A stretch of DNA of 42,650 nucleotides from Planctomycetota bacterium (GCA_038227875.1 JBBRPR010000068.1:1-42650), one strand, 5' to 3'. Positions 26,073 through 36,432 are shown, numbered from the stretch's first letter. The notes: generated by a model from the sequence alone, not told the origin. Made by a program: numbers and translations.

Positions 26073-27086
26073 TCAGCGTGTACCGCGTAGCTCGCGCAGC
26101 GCCATCGCCATGTCTTCCGGGATCGGAGCGTCGAATGACCTCGGTTCGCCGGTGACCGGGTGCTGGAACGACAGCGTTTTCGCGTGGAGCGCATGGCGGT
26201 GCAGACCGAACTTCACGAATTCAGATTCCTTGCCATAAAGCGGGTCGGCCAGAATCGGGTAGCCGGACTTCGCCAGATGCACGCGGATCTGGTGCGTGCG
26301 GCCGGTCCGCGGATGAGCTTCGACGTAAAAGTACGGACCTTTGAAACGTTCCAGCACGGTGAAGTGCGTGTACGCCTCGCGCCCTTCGTCGGGGTTGCGC
26401 ATGATCGTCATTTCGGTCCGGTACGTGGCGTGCCGCCCGATGCGCCCTTCGCAGACGAATTCGTTCTGGAGCGGGTTGCCGTGGCAAAGCGCGATGTATT
26501 CTTTCTTCACCGTGCGGTTGGCAAACTGATCGGCCAGTCCGCGGTGCGCCGTGTCGTGCTTGGCCGCCACCAGGCATCCCGACGTGTCCTTATCCAGACG
26601 ATGAACGATGCCGGGGCGGATCTTCCCGTTGATCGTCGACAGATCCTTGCAGTGAAACAGCAGCGCGTTGACCAGCGCGCCGGACGTGTGCCCGGAACTG
26701 GGATGCGTCACCATGCCCGGCGGCTTGTTGACTACGATGATGTGTGAGTCTTCAAAAATGACGCTCAGCGGAATGTCTTCCGGCTTCGCTTCGATCGCTT
26801 CCGGTTCCGGCAAGTTCACGGCGACGCGTTCGCCGCCCTTCGCGTTGCCGCTGGCTTTGACGGCCTTGCCTTCGACCAGGATCGCGCCGTCTTTCAGCAG
26901 GCGCGCCGCGTACGTCCGCGAAATTCGCGGCACGACGCTGGCGATCGCGACATCAAAGCGCGCTCCAGCCTGTTCGGCAGGAATCACGACTTCGAAATGC
27001 AGCGGTTCGTCTTCGGGAGTGACTGGGCCAGCAACAAGATCGGAATCTGGATCAGGCTCGGTCGGAGCCGGAGGAGTGTCAGGCAT
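26073..27086 (-). CDS. rluD: 23S rRNA pseudouridine synthase (RluA/RluD family, S4 domain)
   Basis: VNKPPGMVTHP, RPGIVHRLDKDTSG, TGRTHQIRVH, LHA..L.F.HP. Confidence 0.93.
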   Translation of the reverse strand: MPDTPPAPTEPDPDSDLVAGPVTPEDEPLHFEVVIPAEQAGARFDVAIASVVPRISRTYAARLLKDGAILVEGKAVKASGNAKGGERVAVNLPEPEAIEAKPEDIPLSVIFEDSHIIVVNKPPGMVTHPSSGHTSGALVNALLFHCKDLSTINGKIRPGIVHRLDKDTSGCLVAAKHDTAHRGLADQFANRTVKKEYIALCHGNPLQNEFVCEGRIGRHATYRTEMTIMRNPDEGREAYTHFTVLERFKGPYFYVEAHPRTGRTHQIRVHLAKSGYPILADPLYGKESEFVKFGLHRHALHAKTLSFQHPVTGEPRSFDAPIPEDMAMALRELRGTR

Positions 27087-27095
27087 CGAGGGTTT

Positions 27096-28253
27096 TCAAT
27101 CGGCCATGCGTACGCCGGCGGGCGGCGCACTGCCGGCCTGACAGCGAGGGCAGTTGCAGAAGGCCGGGCGGCCTTCTTTCAGCATCTTCTGGATCTGTGA
27201 AAATGAAAGGTGCCCGCTGGTGTTAGCGGGCACTGAAGGATCGTTCTCGGGATTCGGCAGCTGAATGCTGCCGTCTTTCTTCGCTTCGTCTTTCTTGATG
27301 TCCGGCTTTTTCTCGTCAGTCTTCTTCTCGTCGGGTTTCTTGTCTTCTGTTTTCTTCGCGTCAGCCGGAGCTTTCGCGTCGTCTTTCTTTTCCGCGTCGG
27401 TCTTGCGGTCGCCTGGAGGAGGCGTCGGCGCGGGCGGCGCCTTTTCAGGCGGCACCTTGCCGTCCGGCAGCGCCTTGCCCGGCTTGTCGATGATCGCCTT
27501 GATGAATTCCGCTTCGCCGCGCCAGCCCTGCGAATCTTCCTTCTTTTCGCCGACGTTGCGGAGCGCTTCGCCCAGCTGTGTGCGCGCTTCCTTGCGGTCG
27601 GGTTCCGGATCTTCCTTCTTCTCAGCCTTGGCCAGCGAGCGCAGCCAGTATTCGCGGCCGAGCTGCGCGACCATCGGATTGTAGAGGTAATGCTTTTCGA
27701 TATCGGGCTGAGCCAACGCGTCTTTCAGCAGCTTGATCGCCGCGTCGTAATTGGCGGTCTGTGCGTAGCAGGCGGCAGCGGCACGCGTCGCGGCCGGCCC
27801 GAACGTTTCGTTGCTCTTGAACGGCTCGTTGGTCGCGACCAGTTCATACAGCTTGGTGGCCTTGTCGAGCGCTTCGGTGCGTTCTTCGCGCGCCTTCTTC
27901 GGATTCACGGCCTGTTCGAAATAAATGTTGCCCAGTTCCATCAGGATGTACGCGTGTGCGGGTGTGCCGGCCACTTTCGGCGCGATTGTTTCAAGCGCCT
28001 GGATGCGGTCGTTGGTCTTGGTCTTATCCTTGGTCGCGGTATAGACCTCGTCCCAATTTTGGCGGAGCTCTTCGGTGCGGCGCTGCTGTCCGACATAAAC
28101 CACGCCGATGACCACCAATCCGACGGCTCCCGCAATGACACAGGCGAGAACGATCCACTTGGCCCAGCGCGATATTTCTTCAACGTTCAATCCTGATGGA
28201 TTGCTCGTCTCCGGCGGTGTAGCTAAAGGTCGAGTGACAGTAGGTGCAGCCAT
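27096..28253 (-). CDS. Membrane-anchored TPR-like protein with Lys/Asp-rich tail
   Basis: One N-terminal TM, helical repeats, KKxDE repeats and a terminal CNCPRC. Confidence 0.75.
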   Translation of the reverse strand: MAAPTVTRPLATPPETSNPSGLNVEEISRWAKWIVLACVIAGAVGLVVIGVVYVGQQRRTEELRQNWDEVYTATKDKTKTNDRIQALETIAPKVAGTPAHAYILMELGNIYFEQAVNPKKAREERTEALDKATKLYELVATNEPFKSNETFGPAATRAAAACYAQTANYDAAIKLLKDALAQPDIEKHYLYNPMVAQLGREYWLRSLAKAEKKEDPEPDRKEARTQLGEALRNVGEKKEDSQGWRGEAEFIKAIIDKPGKALPDGKVPPEKAPPAPTPPPGDRKTDAEKKDDAKAPADAKKTEDKKPDEKKTDEKKPDIKKDEAKKDGSIQLPNPENDPSVPANTSGHLSFSQIQKMLKEGRPAFCNCPRCQAGSAPPAGVRMAD

Positions 28254-28463
28254 TGTGTCCGCTTTCAACTCCGAAGAAAATGCTGCCGTCCCGCTATGCG
28301 CATGCAAAGCGTTGACAGAGGCTCACTTCAGCAGAGTATTAGGGAGTGTCCCGAATGTCAAGGAATGTCGCGCGCGAGCCGGGCTTTCCGCGAAGGATTT
28401 GAGCTCGCCTGGTGCTCTGGGTATAGTGCAACCAGAGAGCCTCTCTAATAAGGGATGATTACG

Positions 28464-29405
28464 ATGGCGCGACCTGTGGTGATTGGACTTGTTAATGGAC
28501 CCATGGACATCGTTCCGGTGGCGCAGCGGCGCGCGGAACTCCTCGGACACATCGCCGACGCCGGTGCATCCGGCTGCCAGATCGTGATGCTGCCGGAGTT
28601 TGCTGACCACCATCGCACCCGGGAAAGTCTCGCGGCCCACCCCAAGGGTCCGGAAGAAGTCCGCAAGCAGCTCGGCTTCAAGCTCGATTCGCCGTGGCTC
28701 AAGGAAGTCTCCGCGCTGGCGAAGAAGTTCAAGATGGTCGTCATTCCCAACGTGATGCTGCATCTCGACAACCTCTGGCGGAATTCCTGCGTCGTCTATG
28801 GTCCGGAAGGCACGGTCCTTGGCCACTACAACAAAGCCCACACCGCGCCGGGTGAATGCAATTACTTCGAACCGGGAAATGTGATCGAACCCGTTGAGAC
28901 GCCGTTCGGCCGTTTGGGGTTGCTGATCTGTTACGACATCAATTTCATCGAAACGACGCGCTGCCACGAGTTGAAAGGCGCCGACATCCTGTTGTGGACG
29001 ACGATGCGCCAGGCCGAGAACGAAGACGGCTTGTATCGCGCCGGTCTGGCTGCGCGGAGCATCATCCATGGCTTGCCGTTGGGCGTCTCGACATACGTCA
29101 ATGAAGGCCAGGTGATGGCGCGCAATCCGATGTCGAGCATTCTCTACAATTGCTTCGGGCAGGTGATCGCCGGCGGTCGTTCAACACCGGGTGTCGTGCG
29201 CGGCGTGGTCGATCTCGACGAAAGTCCGCTCGAACGCCGAACGTGGAGCAAACCCGAGTGGGTCGACAGCCCGTCCTACCTGCGCCGGCAGCGCCGCCCG
29301 GATCTCTACGATGTTCTGGTGAAACCACTGAGCGAAGCCGATCGGAATCTCGACAACGAACCGACGGCCCGCCCGGCGCTCCCCGACCAGCGCGGCGACG
29401 ATTGA
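28464..29405 (+). CDS. Carbon-nitrogen hydrolase (nitrilase superfamily)
   Basis: Catalytic E-K-C in LPEF, YNKAH and ICYD; RRPDLY tail. Confidence 0.92.
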   Translation: MARPVVIGLVNGPMDIVPVAQRRAELLGHIADAGASGCQIVMLPEFADHHRTRESLAAHPKGPEEVRKQLGFKLDSPWLKEVSALAKKFKMVVIPNVMLHLDNLWRNSCVVYGPEGTVLGHYNKAHTAPGECNYFEPGNVIEPVETPFGRLGLLICYDINFIETTRCHELKGADILLWTTMRQAENEDGLYRAGLAARSIIHGLPLGVSTYVNEGQVMARNPMSSILYNCFGQVIAGGRSTPGVVRGVVDLDESPLERRTWSKPEWVDSPSYLRRQRRPDLYDVLVKPLSEADRNLDNEPTARPALPDQRGDD

Positions 29406-29423
29406 TTGAGAAGGCATTTCTAA

Positions 29424-29609
29424 ATCTCACGCAAAGCCGCGAAGCCGCAAAGAACGGCAACTACAAACGGCTTGGTTAGATTCTGCACGTCGGTAAGCGC
29501 AACGAACAACGCAATTGCTTCCGAAAAGACAGTCGGATGCCTTTGAGCGCCTCTCATTTTTTACGCAGTTCTTGGCCGTTCTTTGCGACTTAGCGGCTTT
29601 GCGTGAGAT
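29424..29609. repeat. 35-bp inverted repeat pair (REP/MITE-like) between convergent genes
   Basis: ATCTCACGCAAAGCCGCGAAGCCGCAAAGAACGGC (29424-29458) versus the reverse complement of 29575-29609; 2 mismatches. Confidence 0.88.
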
Positions 29610-29616
29610 AAAAAAG

Positions 29617-30981
29617 CTACGCCCGATTCAACTCGTCAATCAACAACCGGAATCGCCCGTAGTTCCGCCGGTTAAAGTGGAACGCGATGCGCGGCAACTC
29701 GAGCAGCTCGTTCTCCGCGACTTCTTCCGGCAGAGGTTCGGTGGCGAAGATTGTTTTGTTCGTGGCCTTGGTGTCGATCAGCGCGGAGGCGAACCGCTCG
29801 TTCAGCATTTCCAGCGTGCCTTTCGGCAGTGGCGTGAGCATCCGGATGACCAGCGTGTCCTTGACGTAGCGGCTGGAATGGTAGCGCTTGTAGAACTGCA
29901 CCACTTCATTGGCGGCCCATTCGACGTCGTCGGTGATCTTGAACAGATGCATGTCGTCTTCGCTGATCAATTTGTTGGCCAGCAGATGGTTGACGACATA
30001 GTCGGCCCACTCGCGCCAGTAATGGCCGTTGGGTTTGTCGATGAACACGATGGGGATGATCGCGGCCTTGCCGGTCTGGATCAGCGTCAGCGTTTCGAAG
30101 CATTCGTCGTGCGTGCCGAAGCCGCCGGGAAAGAGTGCAATCGCGGAGGCTTCTTTGACGAAGCAGAGTTTGCGCGTGAAGAAGTAGCGGAAGTTGATCA
30201 GCTTCTTGTCGCCTTCAATGTACGGATTGGCGCTCTGCTCGAACGGCAGTTTGATGTTCACGCCGAAACTGTAGTCGCGACCCGCGCCGCCCTGAGCTGC
30301 CTCCATGATTCCCGCGCCGGCGCCGGTGATCACCATGAACTGGTGGCGCACCATTGCCTCGGTGAACTGCTTCGCCTGGAGGTATTCCGGGGCATCCGCC
30401 GGTGTGCGCGCCGAGCCGAAGACCGTGATCTTGCGTCGGTCGTGGAACGGGCGGAAAATGTTGAATGCGTAGCGCAGTTCGCGCAGCGTCGCGGCGAGAA
30501 TTTTCAGTTCGCCGCGCGTCGATCCGTCGCGGACCATGCGCAACGCCGTCATCATGATGTCGCCGATCAGGTCCTGATCGGGATGTTCGCCCTGCAATGA
30601 AATCAATTCCTGCACGCGCTCTTCCAGTTGCATGATCGGCGGCGCGGGACTGGTGAGCTTCACTATTTTGTTGGGTATGCGCGGGGGCCTTGAGCGCCCC
30701 TTCTTTCCCGCGGTGGCGGCGATCAGCTGTTGCTGCGTCGGCGGAGGCGCGGTGGGCGTTACTGTTTCCGGCCGCAACGGCAGCGAGGAGATATCCGCAT
30801 GCGCTTCGTCGCCGTGCGGTCCGGCTGTACTGGCGTTCGGTCCGGATCCCATCGCGCCCGGCGAGGTGCCGCCGGTGGGTGCGAGCGTGATCGACTCCGG
30901 CTTCTTCTCGTCCGGTTTGTCTGGCTTCGGTGGAATTGTGCGGGTGGTGTGCTTGTTGCTTCGCTTCGAGGTATTCGCCAC
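29617..30981 (-). CDS. LOG-family (TIGR00730-like) nucleotide-binding protein with long N-terminal low-complexity extension
   Basis: VFGSART, ITGAG.GIMEA, LPFEQ..N, FRYFFTRK, PGGFGT.DE. Start is uncertain. Confidence 0.9.
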   Translation of the reverse strand: MANTSKRSNKHTTRTIPPKPDKPDEKKPESITLAPTGGTSPGAMGSGPNASTAGPHGDEAHADISSLPLRPETVTPTAPPPTQQQLIAATAGKKGRSRPPRIPNKIVKLTSPAPPIMQLEERVQELISLQGEHPDQDLIGDIMMTALRMVRDGSTRGELKILAATLRELRYAFNIFRPFHDRRKITVFGSARTPADAPEYLQAKQFTEAMVRHQFMVITGAGAGIMEAAQGGAGRDYSFGVNIKLPFEQSANPYIEGDKKLINFRYFFTRKLCFVKEASAIALFPGGFGTHDECFETLTLIQTGKAAIIPIVFIDKPNGHYWREWADYVVNHLLANKLISEDDMHLFKITDDVEWAANEVVQFYKRYHSSRYVKDTLVIRMLTPLPKGTLEMLNERFASALIDTKATNKTIFATEPLPEEVAENELLELPRIAFHFNRRNYGRFRLLIDELNRA

Positions 30982-31091
30982 TTTATCTTGGATTTCCTAT
31001 AGTCTGAAAAAATTCATGCTTCACGTTCAACACAGTACCACTTCGTATTTCGACGAGTCAAAACCTCGATGTTAAAATGCCGGCATGCTCC

Positions 31092-31496
31092 TCAACCTGT
31101 GACCGACGAAGCACGGTTGAGCACCTTGTCTTCCACAAAGATGGGCACGGTTGTGCGGACTGCCAGCGCGATCGCATCAGAAGGCCGGGAGTCGATATCG
31201 ATGATTTCGTCGCCGCGACGGATTTCCAGGATGGCAAAGTAGGTGTCGTCACGAAGATCGTTGACGACGATGCGCGAGAGTTTTCCGCCCATTTGTTCGA
31301 TGATGTTGTGGAGGAGATCGTGGGTCAAAGGGCGGGGGACTTGCGCGTCTTTTAATTTCCGGTCGATCGCCATGGCTTCGTTGTAGCCAATGAAGATCGG
31401 AAAATACCGGTCGCCGCCACGTTCGCGCAACACAATTACTTGTGTGGGTGAACCTTCGGTGATGATGACTTGGAAGAGTTCGACCTCAATGAGCAT
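31092..31496 (-). CDS. Bifunctional nuclease family protein (DUF151)
   Basis: FPIFIG..EA.AI, PRPLTHDL, DSRPSDAIALA.R. Confidence 0.94.
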   Translation of the reverse strand: MLIEVELFQVIITEGSPTQVIVLRERGGDRYFPIFIGYNEAMAIDRKLKDAQVPRPLTHDLLHNIIEQMGGKLSRIVVNDLRDDTYFAILEIRRGDEIIDIDSRPSDAIALAVRTTVPIFVEDKVLNRASSVTG

Positions 31497-31632
31497 AACG
31501 CGCGCCCCGTGAGTGGCAAAATTGCCATCCGTGCTAACACTAGCTCGAAAGTGAGGATATGTCAACACTTGCGATAATTTGAAGCAGCTATTTTTGAACG
31601 TTGTGCGCGGAAGTTAAACGCACACGCGCACT

Positions 31633-32694
31633 TCACTGTGCGCCGCGCGAAATCCGCACCAGATTGTCCAACGCACCTCTCGCACGACCTTCGTCGATGC
31701 TCTTCTGCGCGAGCAAAATGCCTTCGCGCCATTCGTCCGCCTTACCGGCGACCAACGCAGCGGCGGCGGCGTTGAGGACCACGATGTCGCGCGGTGCGCC
31801 GCGCTGGCCATCGAGCACCGAGCGGATCATCGAAGCGCTTTCGTGCGGATTACTGACATAGAGCGCGGCTTGCGCTGCGCGGGGGATGCCAAACTTTTCC
31901 GGATCGACCGTGCTGATCGTGACCGCACCGCGCAGCAGGCGGGCCACGGTAGTCGGACCGAACGTGGAAAATTCGTCGAGGTAACCGCCTTGCGCCTGCC
32001 GCAGGTGGCCGCCTCCGTCGTAACAGGCGCCGCAGACGACCATCGCACTGACGCTGCCGAGATTGCGCAGTACTTCCGCAAACGTCTCGCACAACGTCGG
32101 ATCGAAAACGCCGAGCAGCTGATAGGGGCTGTTGGCCGGATTGGAGAGCGGACCGAGCAGATTGAAGACGGTCCGCACGCCCAGTTCCCGCCGCACGGGA
32201 GCGACGTGCTTCATGCCGGGATGATGGTTCTGCGCGAACATGAAGCCGATGCCCGCCGACGAGACACAGCGCGAAATACACGCGGCATCGGCATCGGTGT
32301 TGACGCCCAATTCGTGGAGTACGTCGGCCGACCCCGTCTTGCTGCTCGCGGAACGTCCCCCATGCTTGGCGACCGGGATGCCCATGCCGGCGACCACCAG
32401 GGCCGTCGCCGTGGAAATATTGAACGTGCTGCTGCCGTCGCCACCCGTTCCGCAGGTATCGAGCGTCTCCGGTGGCACGGTAACGGGCACCGCCGCGGCG
32501 CGCATCACCGACGCAAACGCGGTGAGCTCATCGACCGTTTCCCCCTTCATGCGCAGCGCGACGGCGATCGCCGCCAGCGTCGCCGGCGGAATCTGGCCGG
32601 CGATAATCGACTGCATCAGCGCCGTGGCTTCCGTTGGTTTCAGATCGCGGCGAGCCAGGAGCGAAGATAATACATCTGCCCCGTTGATATTCAT
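31633..32694 (-). CDS. trpD: Anthranilate phosphoribosyltransferase
   Basis: KGET..E, DTCGTGGDG..TFNIST, KHGGRS.SS..GSADVL, RTVFNLLGPL.NP. Confidence 0.96.
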   Translation of the reverse strand: MNINGADVLSSLLARRDLKPTEATALMQSIIAGQIPPATLAAIAVALRMKGETVDELTAFASVMRAAAVPVTVPPETLDTCGTGGDGSSTFNISTATALVVAGMGIPVAKHGGRSASSKTGSADVLHELGVNTDADAACISRCVSSAGIGFMFAQNHHPGMKHVAPVRRELGVRTVFNLLGPLSNPANSPYQLLGVFDPTLCETFAEVLRNLGSVSAMVVCGACYDGGGHLRQAQGGYLDEFSTFGPTTVARLLRGAVTISTVDPEKFGIPRAAQAALYVSNPHESASMIRSVLDGQRGAPRDIVVLNAAAAALVAGKADEWREGILLAQKSIDEGRARGALDNLVRISRGAQ

Positions 32695-32698
32695 GATT

Positions 32699-33349
32699 TT
32701 AGACTCCCTTGGTTTCCGGAGCCCAGATAAATTTATGCATCTGCAACTGGAACCGCACAGGAAGTTGGTCGGCGAGAATCCAGTCGACTACATCCACAGG
32801 TTTCACTTTACCAAATGCGACGGAAAACAGCACAGAATTCGCGCGTTCGGCCAGTTTATGTTCGCGGACCTGCTGCCGGGCCCACTCGTAGTCGCCACGG
32901 CTGGCGAGGACGAATTTCACCTCGTCGCGGGAGTTTAATTGCGCGATGTTTTCAAGCCGGTTGCGCCGGGATTCGCCGGAGTCCGGGCACTTCAAATCCA
33001 TGATCCGGATCACGCCCGCCGGAAGCACCTCGATCGGCCGCTCACCCGACGTTTCGATCAGCACGGTGTACCCGAGTTTCAGCAACCGACCGCACAGTTC
33101 CGGAACCGCCGGCTGCAGCAGCGGCTCGCCGCCGGTCAATTCCACAAGCTGGGGAGACAGCTCCCCGACGCGGGCGAGGATGGCGTCGAGCGACATCCAT
33201 TCGCCGCCGTAAAAGCTGTACGCGCTATCGCACCACGAACAGCGCAAGTTGCAGCCGGTGGTGCGGACAAACGTGCACGGCAGCCCGGCCCAGGTCGACT
33301 CGCCTTGGACGGACGCGTAGATTTCAGTGATCTTGATGCGTTCGCTCAC
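32699..33349 (-). CDS. queE: 7-carboxy-7-deazaguanine synthase (radical SAM)
   Basis: EIY.S.QGE, FVR..GCNLRCSWCD, TGGEPLLQ, QMHK.IW. Confidence 0.92.
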   Translation of the reverse strand: MSERIKITEIYASVQGESTWAGLPCTFVRTTGCNLRCSWCDSAYSFYGGEWMSLDAILARVGELSPQLVELTGGEPLLQPAVPELCGRLLKLGYTVLIETSGERPIEVLPAGVIRIMDLKCPDSGESRRNRLENIAQLNSRDEVKFVLASRGDYEWARQQVREHKLAERANSVLFSVAFGKVKPVDVVDWILADQLPVRFQLQMHKFIWAPETKGV

Positions 33350-33494
33350 GACGTTAGTCTTAGCCGTTCGAGCGACGACAATCAATCGCTGCGCGGACTT
33401 CGCGCCGTTTGTGCTGTGACTTTTCGATTGATGCACGGTCCTTTCCGTCCACAATGATCAGATCGCACACGACCCAAGCTCCAGGAGCACGACC

Positions 33495-34193
33495 ATGCCG
33501 CATCCCTATGCCCGCCATATCTTCCGTTCCGAACTGCTCGCGCCGTTCTGTGAACGTTTGAAGCGCAAGGAACACTCGCTGATCCTGGCGCTCGGCGATT
33601 CGAACACGTGTAACACGACCTTTACGCAAGGCGCCAAGCAGTGGCCCGAGCTCCTGCATTCGGAACTGCGCGACCATTTCGGCACGCAAGCCGTGTTGCT
33701 GGTGAACTCCGGTGTCTCCGGCGATTGCAGCAAGATGGTGCTGGAGCGCTTCGAAACCACCGCGCTCCGCTTTCAACCAAATCTGACGATTCTCTGTCTG
33801 GGCCCCAACGACCGGCGGCTGACCGAAGCCGAATTCCGCGCGAACATGACGGAAATCATCGAGCGCCTGCAGGCGGCCGGGAGTCTCGTGCTACTCCGCA
33901 CGCCGACGCCAATCATGGAATTCAAACCCGAACCCAAGCACCTCTGGCGCGGCGATGACGATCTGCGCGCGCGCATCGCAATCATCTGCGAATTGGCCGA
34001 TCGCCGCGGCCTGCCCTTCGTGGATACTTACGCGCAGTGGTGGGCGCGCGAAGAATCCGGCTTCGTTCCAGTCGGAGCGCTGATGTCCGACGCGGTCCAC
34101 ACCAACGCGCTGGGCCACCAGGAAGTCTGCCGCGGCCTGCTCCCCGCTTTCGGCGCGCCCACCGAATTCGCGTGGGAAAGCACCGCACCGTGA
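33495..34193 (+). CDS. SGNH/GDSL hydrolase
   Basis: LGDSNT, NSGVSG, G.ND, D.VH.N..GH; AGGAG RBS. Confidence 0.92.
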   Translation: MPHPYARHIFRSELLAPFCERLKRKEHSLILALGDSNTCNTTFTQGAKQWPELLHSELRDHFGTQAVLLVNSGVSGDCSKMVLERFETTALRFQPNLTILCLGPNDRRLTEAEFRANMTEIIERLQAAGSLVLLRTPTPIMEFKPEPKHLWRGDDDLRARIAIICELADRRGLPFVDTYAQWWAREESGFVPVGALMSDAVHTNALGHQEVCRGLLPAFGAPTEFAWESTAP

Positions 34194-34202
34194 GTGCGAC
34201 GA

Positions 34203-36254
34203 TTAGTTCGATTTGGGCGATGCTGCAGTGAGGCGGCGATAAAAGATCAGCGCCGAACCCTTTGCTGGCAGCGCGACAGACAGACCTGTCTCCATTAGTT
34301 CCCGTCCCGTAAGCCTCGACGGTTCGGGCTTGTCGGAGTCGGTCATTTCATACGTCGCCGACGGATCCAGGCCGCGCAACTTGAGATGCAATTCCACTTC
34401 CTTTGCATCTTGTCGGCGGAAAGCCATGACATACCCCGTACCCTCTTCGGGCCGATTGAATTCCCAGGCGATCCACTGATCGGTCTGCAGGCTGTACGGT
34501 GTAAGCGGAAAGTAATCGCCATAGAGCATCAGTGGAGCGAGTTTCCGGCAGTCAGCATACGCCTTTTTCTGTATCTCTTTGTTGTTCGGCTCCAAGCCCC
34601 CCATGCCGAAGCCCGGAAGCAGGAAGCTGCGGTACGAGTACGCATCGTACAGTCCAATGCCGGTGCCTTGAAACGGTAGCCAGAAGGATAGCCCATACGT
34701 ATGGCCCTGGTTCCCCTCCACGACGCCCTTCATGTCGCCGATTTGGAAGTCGCTGCGCAGCAGCGGCACGGCACGTCGCATCGATTCGAGATCGTTGCGA
34801 CGGCCACCGGACGCGCAGGAGTCGATATGCAAGTCCGGATTGCGGCGCCGCAGTTCGTCCCAGAATGCAAGATGTCCCTGCACGAACAGGTTTTCCGCGA
34901 CGCCCTCGCGATCAGCCGGTTCGCCATGCCGCCACGCCGGCAGCGGGCCGCCACCGTTCATGTCTTCGCGGTACCAGTCGATCCCCTGCGACTTGATCAT
35001 GCCGTCGACGTGGTCGATCAGCCACTTTAGCGCGCTTGGGTTCCCCAGGTTGAGCAACGCTCCGTGCGATGTTCCCGGCAGCAGCCATTCGGTGTGCTTA
35101 CCCAGAAATGAATTGGGATTGCCGACGCGTTCGGGTTCAAACCAGAGTACGAATTTCATCTCGTGAGCGTGGATCCAATCGGTGAACGGTCTGAAACCCT
35201 TCGGGTATTTCGTCGCATCGATCTCCCACGTACCGGTGTTCAACCACGCGTCGTTGCCTGTGTAGGGTCCTTCCGTGTTCGGATACCACGTCGTTCCGCC
35301 CGCACCGGCGTCGCGCCAGCAGACATCGGGCTTGATTCCTGCCTCGAGGAAGCCTTTGACCGCCTCGATGCTCGCTTCAGCTCCGTCGGTCTGGATCTGC
35401 ATGACCGGTTGCTGTGGCACTCCGTTCACGCGCGGAAGATTGTGTTCAATGTACCAGCGCCGCCACAGGTTCTGCGCGAGCGTGACGTCGCTTCCCTTCC
35501 AGTAGAGCAGGGTGATCAGCGGGGTGCGAATCTCCTCGCCGGGTTTGAGCACCAAATGAGTGTGCTCCTGCCCCGCGCGGATGCGCAGCGCCTTTCCAGC
35601 GTCGCGCTCAAACAACGAGCGCCACTGACCTGGCCAGCCGATGGCAAGTATCATCCCGCCGCCAGGAAACTGGAGATTGTAGTAAGGCCAGCCAGACTTC
35701 CCGTCGCACGATTTGCCGCTTTGCGCGTCCGGCGAACGACGTTCCACGAGATTGGGCGCCAGGATGAGCTGGTAGGGCGCGTAACTCTCCGCCGCGCACC
35801 AATCGCCGTTGATTCCGTTGAGCTGGAACTCGCCGCCGTCGCTGCGTTCCATGCGCGTGTCCAAGCCTTCGACGTCGCTGAGCATCGGCGTATTCTGCTT
35901 GCTCGTGTTCTTGAACCAGACCGTCCATTCGACGGCCGGAAAATCGGAATACACGACGGAAACGCAACGCACTTCCAGACCTGACTTCTCATCCGTCCAC
36001 GTCACCCCATTTTCTATGCGTGTTGCATCGAGCTCCTTCTTTGTGATCTTGCGAGTCCATGTGGGCAACAGCACGGTCGACGGTTGCCCGTCGTACACAA
36101 AGGAGAAGGGTTGCGGCAGGTTTTCCGAGAGGAGATTTAGATTCTTTAATGGGGCCGCGTCTCCAACATCGTTTGGCAAAGCATCGGACGCGCGTGCGGT
36201 TGCATTCATGATAAACACCCCTGCAATCAGCAAAGAAATACACCTTGTTTTCAT
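34203..36254 (-). CDS. Secreted alpha-galactosidase (GH36-like)
   Basis: Signal peptide; LWFEPERV, YREDMN (nucleophile), IDSCASGGRRND, RSD and C-terminal LRGLDP.ATY. Confidence 0.88.
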   Translation of the reverse strand: MKTRCISLLIAGVFIMNATARASDALPNDVGDAAPLKNLNLLSENLPQPFSFVYDGQPSTVLLPTWTRKITKKELDATRIENGVTWTDEKSGLEVRCVSVVYSDFPAVEWTVWFKNTSKQNTPMLSDVEGLDTRMERSDGGEFQLNGINGDWCAAESYAPYQLILAPNLVERRSPDAQSGKSCDGKSGWPYYNLQFPGGGMILAIGWPGQWRSLFERDAGKALRIRAGQEHTHLVLKPGEEIRTPLITLLYWKGSDVTLAQNLWRRWYIEHNLPRVNGVPQQPVMQIQTDGAEASIEAVKGFLEAGIKPDVCWRDAGAGGTTWYPNTEGPYTGNDAWLNTGTWEIDATKYPKGFRPFTDWIHAHEMKFVLWFEPERVGNPNSFLGKHTEWLLPGTSHGALLNLGNPSALKWLIDHVDGMIKSQGIDWYREDMNGGGPLPAWRHGEPADREGVAENLFVQGHLAFWDELRRRNPDLHIDSCASGGRRNDLESMRRAVPLLRSDFQIGDMKGVVEGNQGHTYGLSFWLPFQGTGIGLYDAYSYRSFLLPGFGMGGLEPNNKEIQKKAYADCRKLAPLMLYGDYFPLTPYSLQTDQWIAWEFNRPEEGTGYVMAFRRQDAKEVELHLKLRGLDPSATYEMTDSDKPEPSRLTGRELMETGLSVALPAKGSALIFYRRLTAASPKSN

Positions 36255-36432
36255 TGACGAACTCTCTCTTTTTTCCGGGAACCTGAACGTGCAGAAGCAG
36301 CGGGTTCAATGTGTTTACGGAGCATCCGATCCGCCATGACCAATCGTTCGGCGATGATGAGATCATTAACGCACGAGGCGGCCCTGCTCGCCAATTTCTA
36401 TCGGGCGAGGTCCGGACCAACAAGCACAATGT

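Noticed and set aside
33350..33494. preQ1 riboswitch upstream of queE
   Set aside because: No recognisable preQ1 aptamer or A-rich tail.
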